DNA from: a virus
Taxonomy: Duplodnaviria > Caudoviricetes
DNA: 28,995 bases
Virus record (IMG/VR): IMGVR_UViG_3300021124_000027
Coordinates: 1-28,995 of that record
Direction: 5' to 3' (one strand)
A program made the translations under genes and the position numbers. The notes under the pieces are model-generated. The model did no database searches and had not been told where the DNA came from. It was given only the letters and a program-made list of their open reading frames with translations. Shown here in pieces: positions 1 through 7,750 of the stretch. How positions within the stretch are numbered: position 1 is the stretch's first letter; each line of letters starts with the position of its first letter.

Positions 1-1272
1 AGACTTGGTATTATGCGTACAAATATATCCTTCTCCAGCCAAAAAAAGACCATCTTCTCTATTAACCTTAATACATTGCGTATCAGCAGTTTTATTAAGT
101 TTTTCAATTTTTATATACCTACCAAATGTTCTTTTGGTTTTTAATGTACGATCTTCTTTTCTTGGTAATAAAAATACATCTTTTGCATAAAAGGATATTT
201 TCCATGTTGCCCCATAAGATTTATCGCCAATTTTTGCTTCAGATGCAATAATATTTGCTTTAACACCTAAACTTCTAATTAACTCAGCAACTTGCTCTAT
301 AAAATTAAAATTACTTTGCGCAAAGAAACATTGGCCTTCTTTAGATACATTACCATCTGTATCCATTAATCCTTTTAATAAATCTTTTCGCTGATCTATT
401 GATGCCTCAAGGTATTCTCTAGGTATGTGTTTATTCTTATAAATGTCCAATTGTTTTAGTTGTGCTTGCAACCCGAGAATCCCAAACGTATATTTTGTGT
501 TTTGGTTTGTTGTTTTATATCCTCTTTTTTCTATTTCTGGTCGAATATAAAAAGCATCATCATCTTTGGATGTTATTACACCGCTACCTTTACTTCCATC
601 ACCCAACCAAACACCTAAAACATAAGGATCAATTAATAGATTTTTTCTTTTATATTGAACTGGAGAAACATCTGGCAATCTTGGCAATCTTGGAGTTTTT
701 ATTTTTTTTAATAAAAATTCAATAACACCGTTTCTTTTGGTTCTTAAAAATTCACCATTTTGTCTACGCCATAATTGTTCCGTTGTGTAATCTTTATATA
801 CTTTTGTTTTCCTATCTAACCGTACAGTCCATAGATGTTCGCCATCAACATCTATGTAAGCGTTATCATCTGTCCATACTCTATATAGTTCTCTGTTTTT
901 AAAAACATCTGACTTGCCAATTACCTCAACTGGCAACCCATCCGGTCCAAATACAAAATCTCCGACAATAAGGTCAGACATTGGTTTCATCCCATTGGTA
1001 GTAGGTATCTTCATATCTACCATTATAGCGTGTCGCGGTGGCATGTTCACAATCAGTCTCTTAATCTTCCCTTCTGCTATCTCCTGAAACTTCTTTGCCA
1101 TCACCTTATGATGCCGCCCATTAATAAAACCTGGCCACATACTCTTCGTAAACTCCATGAATTCTTTTTGCGCCTTCTCCCGCCCCTCACTCTCAATCAA
1201 CTCCATCGCCGTCCGCAATATCTCCTCGCGCTCCATCGGGGGAAGCTGGTCTAGTATTTGCTCTAGATTCAT
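1..1272 (-). CDS. terL: Terminase large subunit, 5' part (runs off window), intein-containing
   Basis: Absent from the ORF track because it is open at the edge. Hand translation from ATG 1272 gives MNLEQILDQ...MWPGFINGRHHKVMAKKFQEIAEGKIKRLIVNMPPRH|intein|TKS. Splicing restores the terminase Walker A NMPPRHTKS. ATGA overlap with the upstream gene. Confidence 0.92.
   Translation of the reverse strand, partial: MNLEQILDQLPPMEREEILRTAMELIESEGREKAQKEFMEFTKSMWPGFINGRHHKVMAKKFQEIAEGKIKRLIVNMPPRHAIMVDMKIPTTNGMKPMSDLIVGDFVFGPDGLPVEVIGKSDVFKNRELYRVWTDDNAYIDVDGEHLWTVRLDRKTKVYKDYTTEQLWRRQNGEFLRTKRNGVIEFLLKKIKTPRLPRLPDVSPVQYKRKNLLIDPYVLGVWLGDGSKGSGVITSKDDDAFYIRPEIEKRGYKTTNQNTKYTFGILGLQAQLKQLDIYKNKHIPREYLEASIDQRKDLLKGLMDTDGNVSKEGQCFFAQSNFNFIEQVAELIRSLGVKANIIASEAKIGDKSYGATWKISFYAKDVFLLPRKEDRTLKTKRTFGRYIKIEKLNKTADTQCIKVNREDGLFLAGEGYICTHNTKS
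10..1029 (-). mobile_element. 340-aa intein with LAGLIDADG homing endonuclease; Ala1, class 3 signature
   Basis: Begins AIMVDMKIPTTNG. Block B DGEHLW; LAGLIDADG motifs LGVWLGDG and LKGLMDTDG; ends TQCIKVNREDGLFLAGEGYICTHN followed by Thr+1. Confidence 0.92.
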
Positions 1273-1487
1273 AGATACATCCTCACACCCTTCGGTCTAT
1301 ACGTCCTTGCTTTATCCGGCATCGACTTACAATGCCCAAGCTCTACAAGTCTTTTCATCATCCGGTGAATATTCCCTCGACCCTTAGCATTCATTACATA
1401 CATCACCTCATCCACGGATGGCCCATAACCATATCGCTTCCAAAATTCCTCAATCACCATATACACTTCCTTTTGGCGCGGCGTCAT
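1269..1487 (-). CDS. LexA-type N-terminal winged-HTH DNA-binding protein, no protease domain
   Basis: MTPRQKEVY..IEEF...GYGPSVDEV...NIHRMMKRLVELG matches the LexA DBD pattern (LT.RQ..V..I......G.PPT..E). Confidence 0.8.
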   Translation of the reverse strand: MTPRQKEVYMVIEEFWKRYGYGPSVDEVMYVMNAKGRGNIHRMMKRLVELGHCKSMPDKARTYRPKGVRMYL

Positions 1488-1636
1488 TTTTTCATTAATT
1501 CCCGTATTAAGGTGCCAGTGTCATCCCAAGCTCTATTCTCTAACCTACGGTAATACATCTGATGCAATAGAACATATAACTCTCTCTGCTCCATAGGGGT
1601 AAGTAATTTCAATATCTCTAATAGTCGTTTATCCAA
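1484..1636 (-). CDS. Small hypothetical protein (50 aa, TTG start)
   Basis: LDKRLLEILKLLTPMEQRELY...ELMKK*; G-run RBS upstream; ATGA-coupled to the LexA-like gene. Confidence 0.55.
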   Translation of the reverse strand: MDKRLLEILKLLTPMEQRELYVLLHQMYYRRLENRAWDDTGTLIRELMKK

Positions 1637-1649
1637 AATATATACCCCC

Positions 1650-2570
1650 CTACCCTTTTGTTTTCAAACTGTTGACGGGGGTGTTTCCTATTTCTTTATC
1701 CGTATCCTCTAGCAATTTTTCAATACCCCCACCCCCTTGTTGAGAATCATTCTCATCTTGGTAACTGCAAACGTTTGCAGAAGCAATATTTTCTTCTTCA
1801 TTATCAATGACTTGTGAGTGTGCATTTTTGTTTTTGTTGGATTGTAATGTGTGAATATCGTGTGATTCAATGTGTGGAATACTATGTATATCCTGAGCAC
1901 CTCCCCTAACAAGCATTTGTGGGGTGGGGTTCGCCTCATCACCACCTGAATTTCCGTTTGCGTTGCCAGAAAAGCCATTGATTTCAGACAGTAAAGAATC
2001 TCCATCATCAATAGTTATATCTGTTATTGATTGATTGATTGATTGATTATTAGATAGCATTAACTTAATCTGATTGATAAGTTTTGTTTTAACTTCGCTA
2101 CTCTGATTGATTGTTGTTACAACTTTTCTATCTTCGAATAGTCCTACATCATAGGACTTGCCAAGTAATTCCAGCGATCTTATTCTAGAAGCTGGGGGAT
2201 TATCCTCATTGAGAGCGTGTAATGTAAGCTGGTGCATGATAAAGGCCTTTAATTGAGTGCTGGATTGATATGATTGTGCTTCAATAGCTACCTTAAACGC
2301 TTCTATCTCATTGGCAATTTTTGGGTTATTTGCCAGCTTGAACGCTTCATTACCTTGATAAACTTTTTTAGACTTGGTGTTATAGTTATTTCTGTAAGCT
2401 TCTGCCTTAGGTTTACCTAGTGCAACATCTCTTACAAATCCCTTCTGTTTTGTTGTTAAACTTCTCTTCTTTCCCTCACCTTTTATGATACTCTCCATAG
2501 GTATCTGATCCAAAGCTTCTAGCACTTGTTTACGGTTGATGATCTTAACGGGCTTTTTTGGTTTATCCAT
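1650..2570 (-). CDS. terS: Terminase small subunit with long acidic/disordered C-terminal tail
   Basis: LTTKQKGFV...KAEAYRNNY...AFKLANNPKI HTH pattern and RIRSLELLGK..VGLF motif; lies upstream of terL. Confidence 0.75.
   Translation of the reverse strand: MDKPKKPVKIINRKQVLEALDQIPMESIIKGEGKKRSLTTKQKGFVRDVALGKPKAEAYRNNYNTKSKKVYQGNEAFKLANNPKIANEIEAFKVAIEAQSYQSSTQLKAFIMHQLTLHALNEDNPPASRIRSLELLGKSYDVGLFEDRKVVTTINQSSEVKTKLINQIKLMLSNNQSINQSITDITIDDGDSLLSEINGFSGNANGNSGGDEANPTPQMLVRGGAQDIHSIPHIESHDIHTLQSNKNKNAHSQVIDNEEENIASANVCSYQDENDSQQGGGGIEKLLEDTDKEIGNTPVNSLKTKG
1762..1783. repeat. 22-bp element with a perfect 16-bp palindrome CTGCAAACGTTTGCAG (copy 1)
   Basis: TAACTGCAAACGTTTGCAGAAG is the exact reverse complement of 12684-12705. 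Confidence 0.85.
2026..2048. repeat. (ATTG)5 tetranucleotide repeat within terS
   Basis: attgattgattgattgattgatt, encoding NQSINQS. Confidence 0.8.
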
Positions 2571-2621
2571 GATCTATATAAAAGTAATCTACTAGGGTAT
2601 AAAACAAGTATATCACGATTA

Positions 2622-2678
2622 CTGTTCAAATCTACACCACTGTAAATAACAACAGTTAAGCACTGTATATAAAACCAT
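2622..2678. promoter_or_regulatory. Tandem LexA/SOS-box-like sites
   Basis: Perfect CTGT-N8-ACAG at 2640-2655 (CTGTAAATAACAACAG); near matches at 2622-2637 (CTGTTCAAATCTACAC) and 2663-2678 (CTGTATATAAAACCAT). Confidence 0.65.
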
Positions 2679-2724
2679 TAGGGTTTTTAGTTTGAATTAT
2701 TTACAAAAAAAGTAATTAAAACGC

Positions 2725-2752
2725 TTGCCAGGGTTATAAATGATGATAATAT
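2725..2752 (+). promoter_or_regulatory. Putative sigma70 promoter of the early gene array
   Basis: TTGCCA-N16-TAATAT with TGn extension and an A-rich upstream tract. Confidence 0.5.
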
Positions 2753-3018
2753 AAACACATGTATTAAATTTTTATCAACAATGTTTTAATTAAAGGTGAA
2801 TTATGAATAAGTTTATATCTTGGAGTTTTCCGGTTTATCTAATAGTAATGTCCGGACTTATCATCTTAATGCAACAATAACCAATGACGGGGAAACCCGT
2901 CTATCACTTACAGGGGAATTAAATGATTTTATTAAAAGAAATTTTTTTTATTTTATTTCATACTGCACTAGGTTTTTTTCTAGGTGCTATCTATATTTTA
3001 AAGAATGGCGGGTTTTAA

Positions 3019-3267
3019 ATGGATAACTTAATTTTTACGATCGCTTCCCACTATGCTAGTGCAATAGTTAACGGGGATTACTCCGGCTTAGAAGATCACG
3101 AAGAAAAAGAACTAAACGGGTTTTTAGACCACTTAATGAGAGAGTTTAACTCTAATGATCTCCAGCTAACAGACTACTATTTACAAAATGAACCGGATTT
3201 TAACAGGTGCGAGATATCAAACCTATACGCTAATTGTATTCAATTCAATTTAATTAAAGGAGTTTAA
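3019..3267 (+). CDS. Hypothetical early protein
   Basis: 82-aa ORF; ASAIVNGDYSGLED motif typical of phage early genes. Confidence 0.7.
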   Translation: MDNLIFTIASHYASAIVNGDYSGLEDHEEKELNGFLDHLMREFNSNDLQLTDYYLQNEPDFNRCEISNLYANCIQFNLIKGV

Positions 3268-3270
3268 ACC

Positions 3271-3582
3271 ATGAAACAAACTATAAATTTTTATCAATTC
3301 TCGGACGAATTCAAGGCGATCCGCCCTAACAATTTCTCATATGAGGGATTACAAGCACTATTTGATTACTTGGAAGAATTAGAAAATGATCTAGGCGAAG
3401 AAATAGAATTAGATGTTATCGCCTTGTGCTGTGATTACACCGAGCAAACACTCGATGAATTTAACCGAGATTATTCGGAAGATGGAAAAATGAGCATGGA
3501 AGAAGCGATCGAATACCTTTGTGAAAATACCCATTTTGTAGATAAAACAAGTAATGAAACATTGATATATTTGCAATTTTAA
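3271..3582 (+). CDS. Highly acidic hypothetical early protein
   Basis: GGAG RBS; NNFSYEGLQALFDYLEE...ELDVIALCCDYTE motif; very D/E-rich. Confidence 0.8.
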   Translation: MKQTINFYQFSDEFKAIRPNNFSYEGLQALFDYLEELENDLGEEIELDVIALCCDYTEQTLDEFNRDYSEDGKMSMEEAIEYLCENTHFVDKTSNETLIYLQF

Positions 3583-3589
3583 ATATCAA

Positions 3590-3630
3590 CTGTAAGCCCT
3601 TTTACGAGGGTTTACGGGTGCTATTTTGCA
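3590..3630 (+). other. Intergenic double hairpin
   Basis: CTGTAAGCCCT/AGGGTTTACGG stem with G-U pairs, then GTGC/GCAC, just before the next RBS. Confidence 0.55.
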
Positions 3631-3647
3631 CTATACAAGGGGATTTT

Positions 3648-3788
3648 ATGACATTGAAAGAATTTATAGCACTATGTAGCGATTTTATGATTGATCCAAG
3701 TATTGCACTAGAAAACGAGGGTATATATAACGCCCTCACCAATAAAGATTATTCATTAGTTAAACAATTATTATCAACACAATTTTAA
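3648..3788 (+). CDS. Small hypothetical protein (46 aa)
   Basis: GGGGA RBS; MTLKEFIALCSDFMIDPSIALENE...STQF*. Confidence 0.7.
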   Translation: MTLKEFIALCSDFMIDPSIALENEGIYNALTNKDYSLVKQLLSTQF

Positions 3789-3797
3789 GGGGAAATC

Positions 3798-3950
3798 ATG
3801 ATAGAGGATTATGAGTTAATTACTTTTATTGATCAAGATGGAAAAGCACTTGACGACGATTTAAACGAATTTAGAAATGAAAACGGGGAAATAGTAATAA
3901 TTCCCGAAATGGAAAGAAAATATTTTACACAAATTGAAACGGGGAATTAA
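3798..3950 (+). CDS. Small acidic hypothetical protein (50 aa)
   Basis: GGGGA RBS; MIEDYELITFIDQDGKALDDDLNEF... Confidence 0.65.
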   Translation: MIEDYELITFIDQDGKALDDDLNEFRNENGEIVIIPEMERKYFTQIETGN

Positions 3951-4127
3951 ATGAATTATTACATTGAAAACGGGTTTAAAAACCGAAAAGATTATTTGAA
4001 CAGTTTAGCTGAAGATTTTGAAATAGCCAGGGCAACAGTTTACATGATGGCGGGTTTACTTGGAGAATCAGAAGATTTTGACGGGCTTATCACGAGCCTT
4101 GAGGATTACTTAGAAGCATTTTATTAA
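3951..4127 (+). CDS. Small acidic hypothetical protein (58 aa)
   Basis: MNYYIENGFKNRKDYLNSLAEDF...LGESEDFDGLITSLED; GGGGA RBS. Confidence 0.75.
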   Translation: MNYYIENGFKNRKDYLNSLAEDFEIARATVYMMAGLLGESEDFDGLITSLEDYLEAFY

Positions 4128-4169
4128 ACATTATTAGCCCGCCTAAAAACGGGCTTTAAAGGGGAAATT

Positions 4170-4361
4170 ATGAAAGAATTAAGAATTAAAAGATTATTAA
4201 AAATCTATCTACCCGTTTTTAATGATCATCAAAATATTGAAGGCGATTACTGCGAACCGTTAAACGAAGAACAAGCAAGCGAAAGCGGGTTTTTTATATA
4301 TTGGTGCGGGTTATGGGATGACAGAAGGCAAGAATTATCGCAACTTTTAAAAGGAAAATAA
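4170..4361 (+). CDS. Hypothetical protein
   Basis: GGGGA RBS; in-operon ORF. Confidence 0.65.
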   Translation: MKELRIKRLLKIYLPVFNDHQNIEGDYCEPLNEEQASESGFFIYWCGLWDDRRQELSQLLKGK

Positions 4362-4363
4362 TC

Positions 4364-4591
4364 GTGTCATTACTTCAAGAAATGGAAAAATTCGGATTAG
4401 CAGACTGCGAATTCAACCGAAAATTGTGGGAAGAGGAAGCCACTATCAAAAAAATATTATCTCTCACGGAATGTGTAGAAGATCAATTGATCATTATTCA
4501 CTCAACGGAAAATAAAGAGTTAATTAGATTAGCTAAGCGATCCATTGTAAAGCTGGAAAAAAAAATAACCCAATTAAAAGGATCACTATGA
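4364..4591 (+). CDS. Hypothetical protein
   Basis: GTG start; tightly packed in the operon. Confidence 0.65.
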   Translation: MSLLQEMEKFGLADCEFNRKLWEEEATIKKILSLTECVEDQLIIIHSTENKELIRLAKRSIVKLEKKITQLKGSL

Positions 4592-4758
4592 AAGAAATAT
4601 CACAAATTACCGTAGACACTTGGCTATCACAAAAAACCATAAAAATAACTGAATACGGGAATGAAAACACTTATTATATGGATAACTTTGGAAACGGATT
4701 TTATTGCAAAAATTACCCAAAAAATTATGGAATTGTTTTAAACATGGAGAAATTATGA
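4588..4758 (+). CDS. Small hypothetical protein (56 aa)
   Basis: ATGA-coupled on both sides; MKEISQITVDTW... Confidence 0.55.
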   Translation: MKEISQITVDTWLSQKTIKITEYGNENTYYMDNFGNGFYCKNYPKNYGIVLNMEKL

Positions 4759-4943
4759 AATATTTAGCAAAATGGAAAACAGAAAAATATTCTAGTGTAA
4801 GTTTATTGGACAGAAATTTTTTTACAGAAGATAACGGGTATTCTAAAGACGATTGTAAACGAATCACGCTTTTACGGGTAAATGATGTTATCGCTTTGTC
4901 AGATGGAATAAGCCAATTACATACAATTGAAAGGGTATTATGA
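4755..4943 (+). CDS. Hypothetical protein (start re-assigned to MKYLAKW)
   Basis: GGAG RBS before ATG 4755. Confidence 0.65.
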   Translation: MKYLAKWKTEKYSSVSLLDRNFFTEDNGYSKDDCKRITLLRVNDVIALSDGISQLHTIERVL

Positions 4944-5036
4944 ATAACTTTTGGGAATGGCTCACTGCCACGCTATTTGGAATACTCTTGGGGTATTTCT
5001 TTTATGTTGCATTTATCATGAATTCTTAAAAAAAAA

Positions 5037-5065
5037 TTGATATTTATTTTTTTTGGGAATATATT
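5037..5065 (+). promoter_or_regulatory. Putative sigma70 promoter
   Basis: TTGATA-N17-TATATT after an A-tract. Confidence 0.45.
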
Positions 5066-5094
5066 AAACGAATCATACTATCAAAGGGGAAATT

Positions 5095-5346
5095 ATGAAA
5101 TTTAGATTTATTTGCGATCCGTCGCACGGCTGGGGAGAGATTCCTATTTCTTTAATTAAAGATTTAGGACTGAACAATAAGATTAGTAATTTTTCTTATA
5201 AAAAAGACGATAACGCATATCTTGAGGAAGACTGCGATTTACCGTTAGTTTTACGGGAATTAAAAAAACAAGGAATAGAGTTTTCATTTTCTGAAGAACA
5301 TTCTAATTATGATTCTTGGGTAAGAAATTTAAAAAAGTTTAACTGA
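5095..5346 (+). CDS. Conserved phage hypothetical protein (DPxHGW...YLEEDCD type)
   Basis: GGGGA RBS; CDPSHGW, ISNFSY and YLEEDCD motifs. Confidence 0.8.
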   Translation: MKFRFICDPSHGWGEIPISLIKDLGLNNKISNFSYKKDDNAYLEEDCDLPLVLRELKKQGIEFSFSEEHSNYDSWVRNLKKFN

Positions 5347-5388
5347 TGAGGGTTTATTACCCGAAACTATCGAGAGATAGTCTTAAAC
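5337..5388 (+). ncRNA. Type I hammerhead ribozyme
   Basis: GTTTAA-CTGATGA-GGGT(TTATT)ACCC-GAAA-CTATC(GAGA)GATAG-TC-TTAAAC: complete core, three perfect stems; predicted cleavage after GUC (C5382). Confidence 0.92.
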
Positions 5389-5405
5389 AAACAAGGGGAA
5401 ATATC

Positions 5406-5585
5406 ATGGAAGATAGATTTATTGTTTTAGAAGAAGAGTTACCAGCTGATGAATATGAGGGCGGAGATCATTGGTATATCTATGATCTAGTGGATAACGA
5501 AGTATTAAATAATGAATGGTTTGAAACAGAAAAACAAGCTTACGATTATTTAAATTTGTATTTTGAACATGAGGGGATTTTATGA
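5406..5585 (+). CDS. Acidic hypothetical protein (start re-assigned to MEDRF)
   Basis: GGGGA RBS at 5395-5399; the ORF-track N-terminus corresponds to the ribozyme sequence. Confidence 0.7.
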   Translation: MEDRFIVLEEELPADEYEGGDHWYIYDLVDNEVLNNEWFETEKQAYDYLNLYFEHEGIL

Positions 5586-5932
5586 AAGTAACAATTCAAG
5601 CTGGTAAGTATTATTTAGGTGATCCATGCTATTCGCTAAATGAGTCATGGGGAAATATTTTAGAACAAACAGATTATTTTAAAACGCCATTAGTTACTAT
5701 TGATGGGTTTGAAATATTAGCTTTTAAAACTGCTTACGGGGACGGGGAATACCCAAGTAATGCCGGACGGAAATTTTGCGTTGATAGTGGTTTAATTGGA
5801 CTTGTTCCCGTAGAACTAGCGGACGATAAAGAGCCATTTAGCACAATGATCGTTGAATTTAATGAACCGACATTATGTAAACGGGTTAAGGGAAAATTGT
5901 ATTTTGGCAGAGTAGTCATTGACACTAACTAA
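5582..5932 (+). CDS. Conserved phage hypothetical protein (DPCY / TAYGDG / VDSG motifs)
   Basis: YYLGDPCY, TAYGDGEY and VDSGLIG motifs. Confidence 0.8.
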   Translation: MKVTIQAGKYYLGDPCYSLNESWGNILEQTDYFKTPLVTIDGFEILAFKTAYGDGEYPSNAGRKFCVDSGLIGLVPVELADDKEPFSTMIVEFNEPTLCKRVKGKLYFGRVVIDTN

Positions 5933-5943
5933 GGGGAAAGAAA

Positions 5944-6111
5944 ATGACTAAATATTATATTCGTGCTAGTGAAATAGTTTATTTTACTAAAGAAATCGAA
6001 GCAGATAATGAGGATCAAGCTTGGGAAAAAGCTTTAGATTTAAATTGGAGTAATGACGATTTAGTAAACAGACGAGATTTTACAATTGAAGAAGTAGAGG
6101 AGATTGAATAA
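5944..6111 (+). CDS. Small acidic protein (55 aa), DpnD/PcfM-like pattern
   Basis: MTKYYIRASEIVYFTKEIEADNEDQAWEKA; GGGGA RBS. Confidence 0.65.
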   Translation: MTKYYIRASEIVYFTKEIEADNEDQAWEKALDLNWSNDDLVNRRDFTIEEVEEIE

Positions 6112-6374
6112 TGTATCAAGTTAAACCTACTTTTATGGGCAATCCGGATAGAAACCAATACACTAATCCCGTTAAGCCCAAGACATTTACCGCCAACACC
6201 TTAGAAGCCCTCCGAGACGAGATTTACGAGTTTTTAGGGGATAACGACTTAGGTGCTGGTAATTGGGGAACGGCACGGGTTTTAAAGGACGGCAAGTTAT
6301 ACGGATACATGAGTTATAACGGGCGTATATGGGATTCTAATGAGTGGTCTCCAACTGCAAAGGAAATATTATGA
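6111..6374 (+). CDS. Conserved phage hypothetical protein
   Basis: GNPD..Q, LGAGNW and SYNGRIW motifs. Confidence 0.8.
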   Translation: MYQVKPTFMGNPDRNQYTNPVKPKTFTANTLEALRDEIYEFLGDNDLGAGNWGTARVLKDGKLYGYMSYNGRIWDSNEWSPTAKEIL

Positions 6375-6604
6375 GTCAAAGAAACCATTTAAAGCGGGCG
6401 GTAAAAATATTATGGAATAACTTCGAAAATGACATTAGGAAATCTCATGAATGGACTTGGAATTTAAAAAATTGGACTCTCCATTTTTATATCGTAGATG
6501 ATTATGAAAGTGTAGTGGCTTACTCCGTTAAAGGTGAATCAACCAATTGGAGTGATGGTATTTATTTAGAGCAAAGACAAAGAAAATGGGAGGAGTTAGT
6601 ATGA
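6371..6604 (+). CDS. Hypothetical protein
   Basis: ATGA-coupled; start MSQRNH. Confidence 0.65.
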   Translation: MSQRNHLKRAVKILWNNFENDIRKSHEWTWNLKNWTLHFYIVDDYESVVAYSVKGESTNWSDGIYLEQRQRKWEELV

Positions 6605-6822
6605 AATATGAAATACAACACTATACATTGTGTGATGGCTGGGTTAATACTTGGACAATTACCAATGAAGACGGCACAACGGAATCAGAGTATTTTGAGA
6701 CTAAAGAACAGGCGATCAGTGCTTTAGCTGATTTTATTGACGAGGAAAATAGAGAGTATTTACACGGGAATATAGATAGCCCGTATGACATTCAAGAATT
6801 TAGAATTGAGGAGGTTTTATAA
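6601..6822 (+). CDS. Acidic hypothetical protein
   Basis: GGAGG RBS; MKYEIQHYTLCDGWVNTW. Confidence 0.75.
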   Translation: MKYEIQHYTLCDGWVNTWTITNEDGTTESEYFETKEQAISALADFIDEENREYLHGNIDSPYDIQEFRIEEVL

Positions 6823-7091
6823 TGGGGTTTTTTGACGGATATGTAAATTACCATAGAACAAGTGGCGGTTATGAAGAAGAAACAACTGAAGGTAAAAAAT
6901 ACAAATCTTTTCGTGTAAACGATTTTGAATTTTTTGAAGGGTTTGGCGTTGATGAATTAAAAAAACTTTTAGCTTATGCAAAATTAGCAAAAGGAGATGG
7001 GTTTCACATACCTACGCAAAAAGGATATTCAACTTATTTGCCGACTTGGTATGCAGAAGCATTGGTTAAACATTATTTTGGGGATAAATAA
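6822..7091 (+). CDS. Hypothetical protein
   Basis: GAGG RBS; packed ORF. Confidence 0.7.
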   Translation: MGFFDGYVNYHRTSGGYEEETTEGKKYKSFRVNDFEFFEGFGVDELKKLLAYAKLAKGDGFHIPTQKGYSTYLPTWYAEALVKHYFGDK

Positions 7092-7283
7092 ATGAGTTTT
7101 ATTACTAAAAAAGAAACTATATTTAATGGTGGCGGGAACAAAGTGGACTGTTATACCTTAAAAAACGGAAAAGTAATTTGCATTAATGAGGATATGTTAG
7201 CCCTATATGGAGATATGGAAGATGCAGAAACCACAATTTTAGGTGATGGCCAAGATTTATCAATTCACAGTTTTTATTTTTAA
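7092..7283 (+). CDS. Hypothetical protein
   Basis: Packed ORF with GGGG RBS. Confidence 0.65.
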   Translation: MSFITKKETIFNGGGNKVDCYTLKNGKVICINEDMLALYGDMEDAETTILGDGQDLSIHSFYF

Positions 7284-7292
7284 GGGGGAAGT

Positions 7293-7568
7293 ATGAAAGT
7301 AGTTATTGAATTTGATTTACCGGAAGATCAAGCCATTCCAGATGTTGAGGATATTTTACGACTTAGTAATCCGAATTGGATTGCTGATTGGTGGCATATT
7401 TCAGATATAGAAAATGGGGATTGGGACGATCATGAAATAACAGATGATGATTGCCGAGAAATTTTAAGGCGAGCCGACAAGTATTTAGATTCTAATCAAG
7501 GGTTAAATTGGGAGTCAATGCAGTGTCATATTGACGAATATTTACGCAATTTAAGGAAAAACAAATGA
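7293..7568 (+). CDS. Acidic hypothetical protein
   Basis: AGGGGGAA RBS; WHISDI...CREIL...DSNQGLNWE motif. Confidence 0.75.
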   Translation: MKVVIEFDLPEDQAIPDVEDILRLSNPNWIADWWHISDIENGDWDDHEITDDDCREILRRADKYLDSNQGLNWESMQCHIDEYLRNLRKNK

Positions 7569-7750
7569 ACAATATGAAACGATATAAAGTTACTTACAAT
7601 GTTGGTAGAAGAATTATTGTAGAAGTGGATGTCCCAAACGGTGAACACCCGTATGATTATGCCCATGATTCTATTTTGCTTGAAATGCACGAAGATGAGT
7701 ATATTGACGATCAAGATTATGAGGAGATTGATCCGCATGACGCCAACTGA
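7565..7750 (+). CDS. Acidic hypothetical protein
   Basis: ATGA-coupled; D/E-rich C-terminus. Confidence 0.65.
   Translation: MNNMKRYKVTYNVGRRIIVEVDVPNGEHPYDYAHDSILLEMHEDEYIDDQDYEEIDPHDAN

Noticed and set aside
5-1553. Plus-strand ORFs 5-190, 462-725, 1030-1254, 1157-1387 and 1332-1553
   Set aside because: Antisense shadows of terL/intein and the LexA-like gene, with no motifs or RBS.
5346-5405. N-terminal extension MRVYYPK of the ORF-track gene
   Set aside because: The sequence is the hammerhead; a better RBS precedes ATG 5406.
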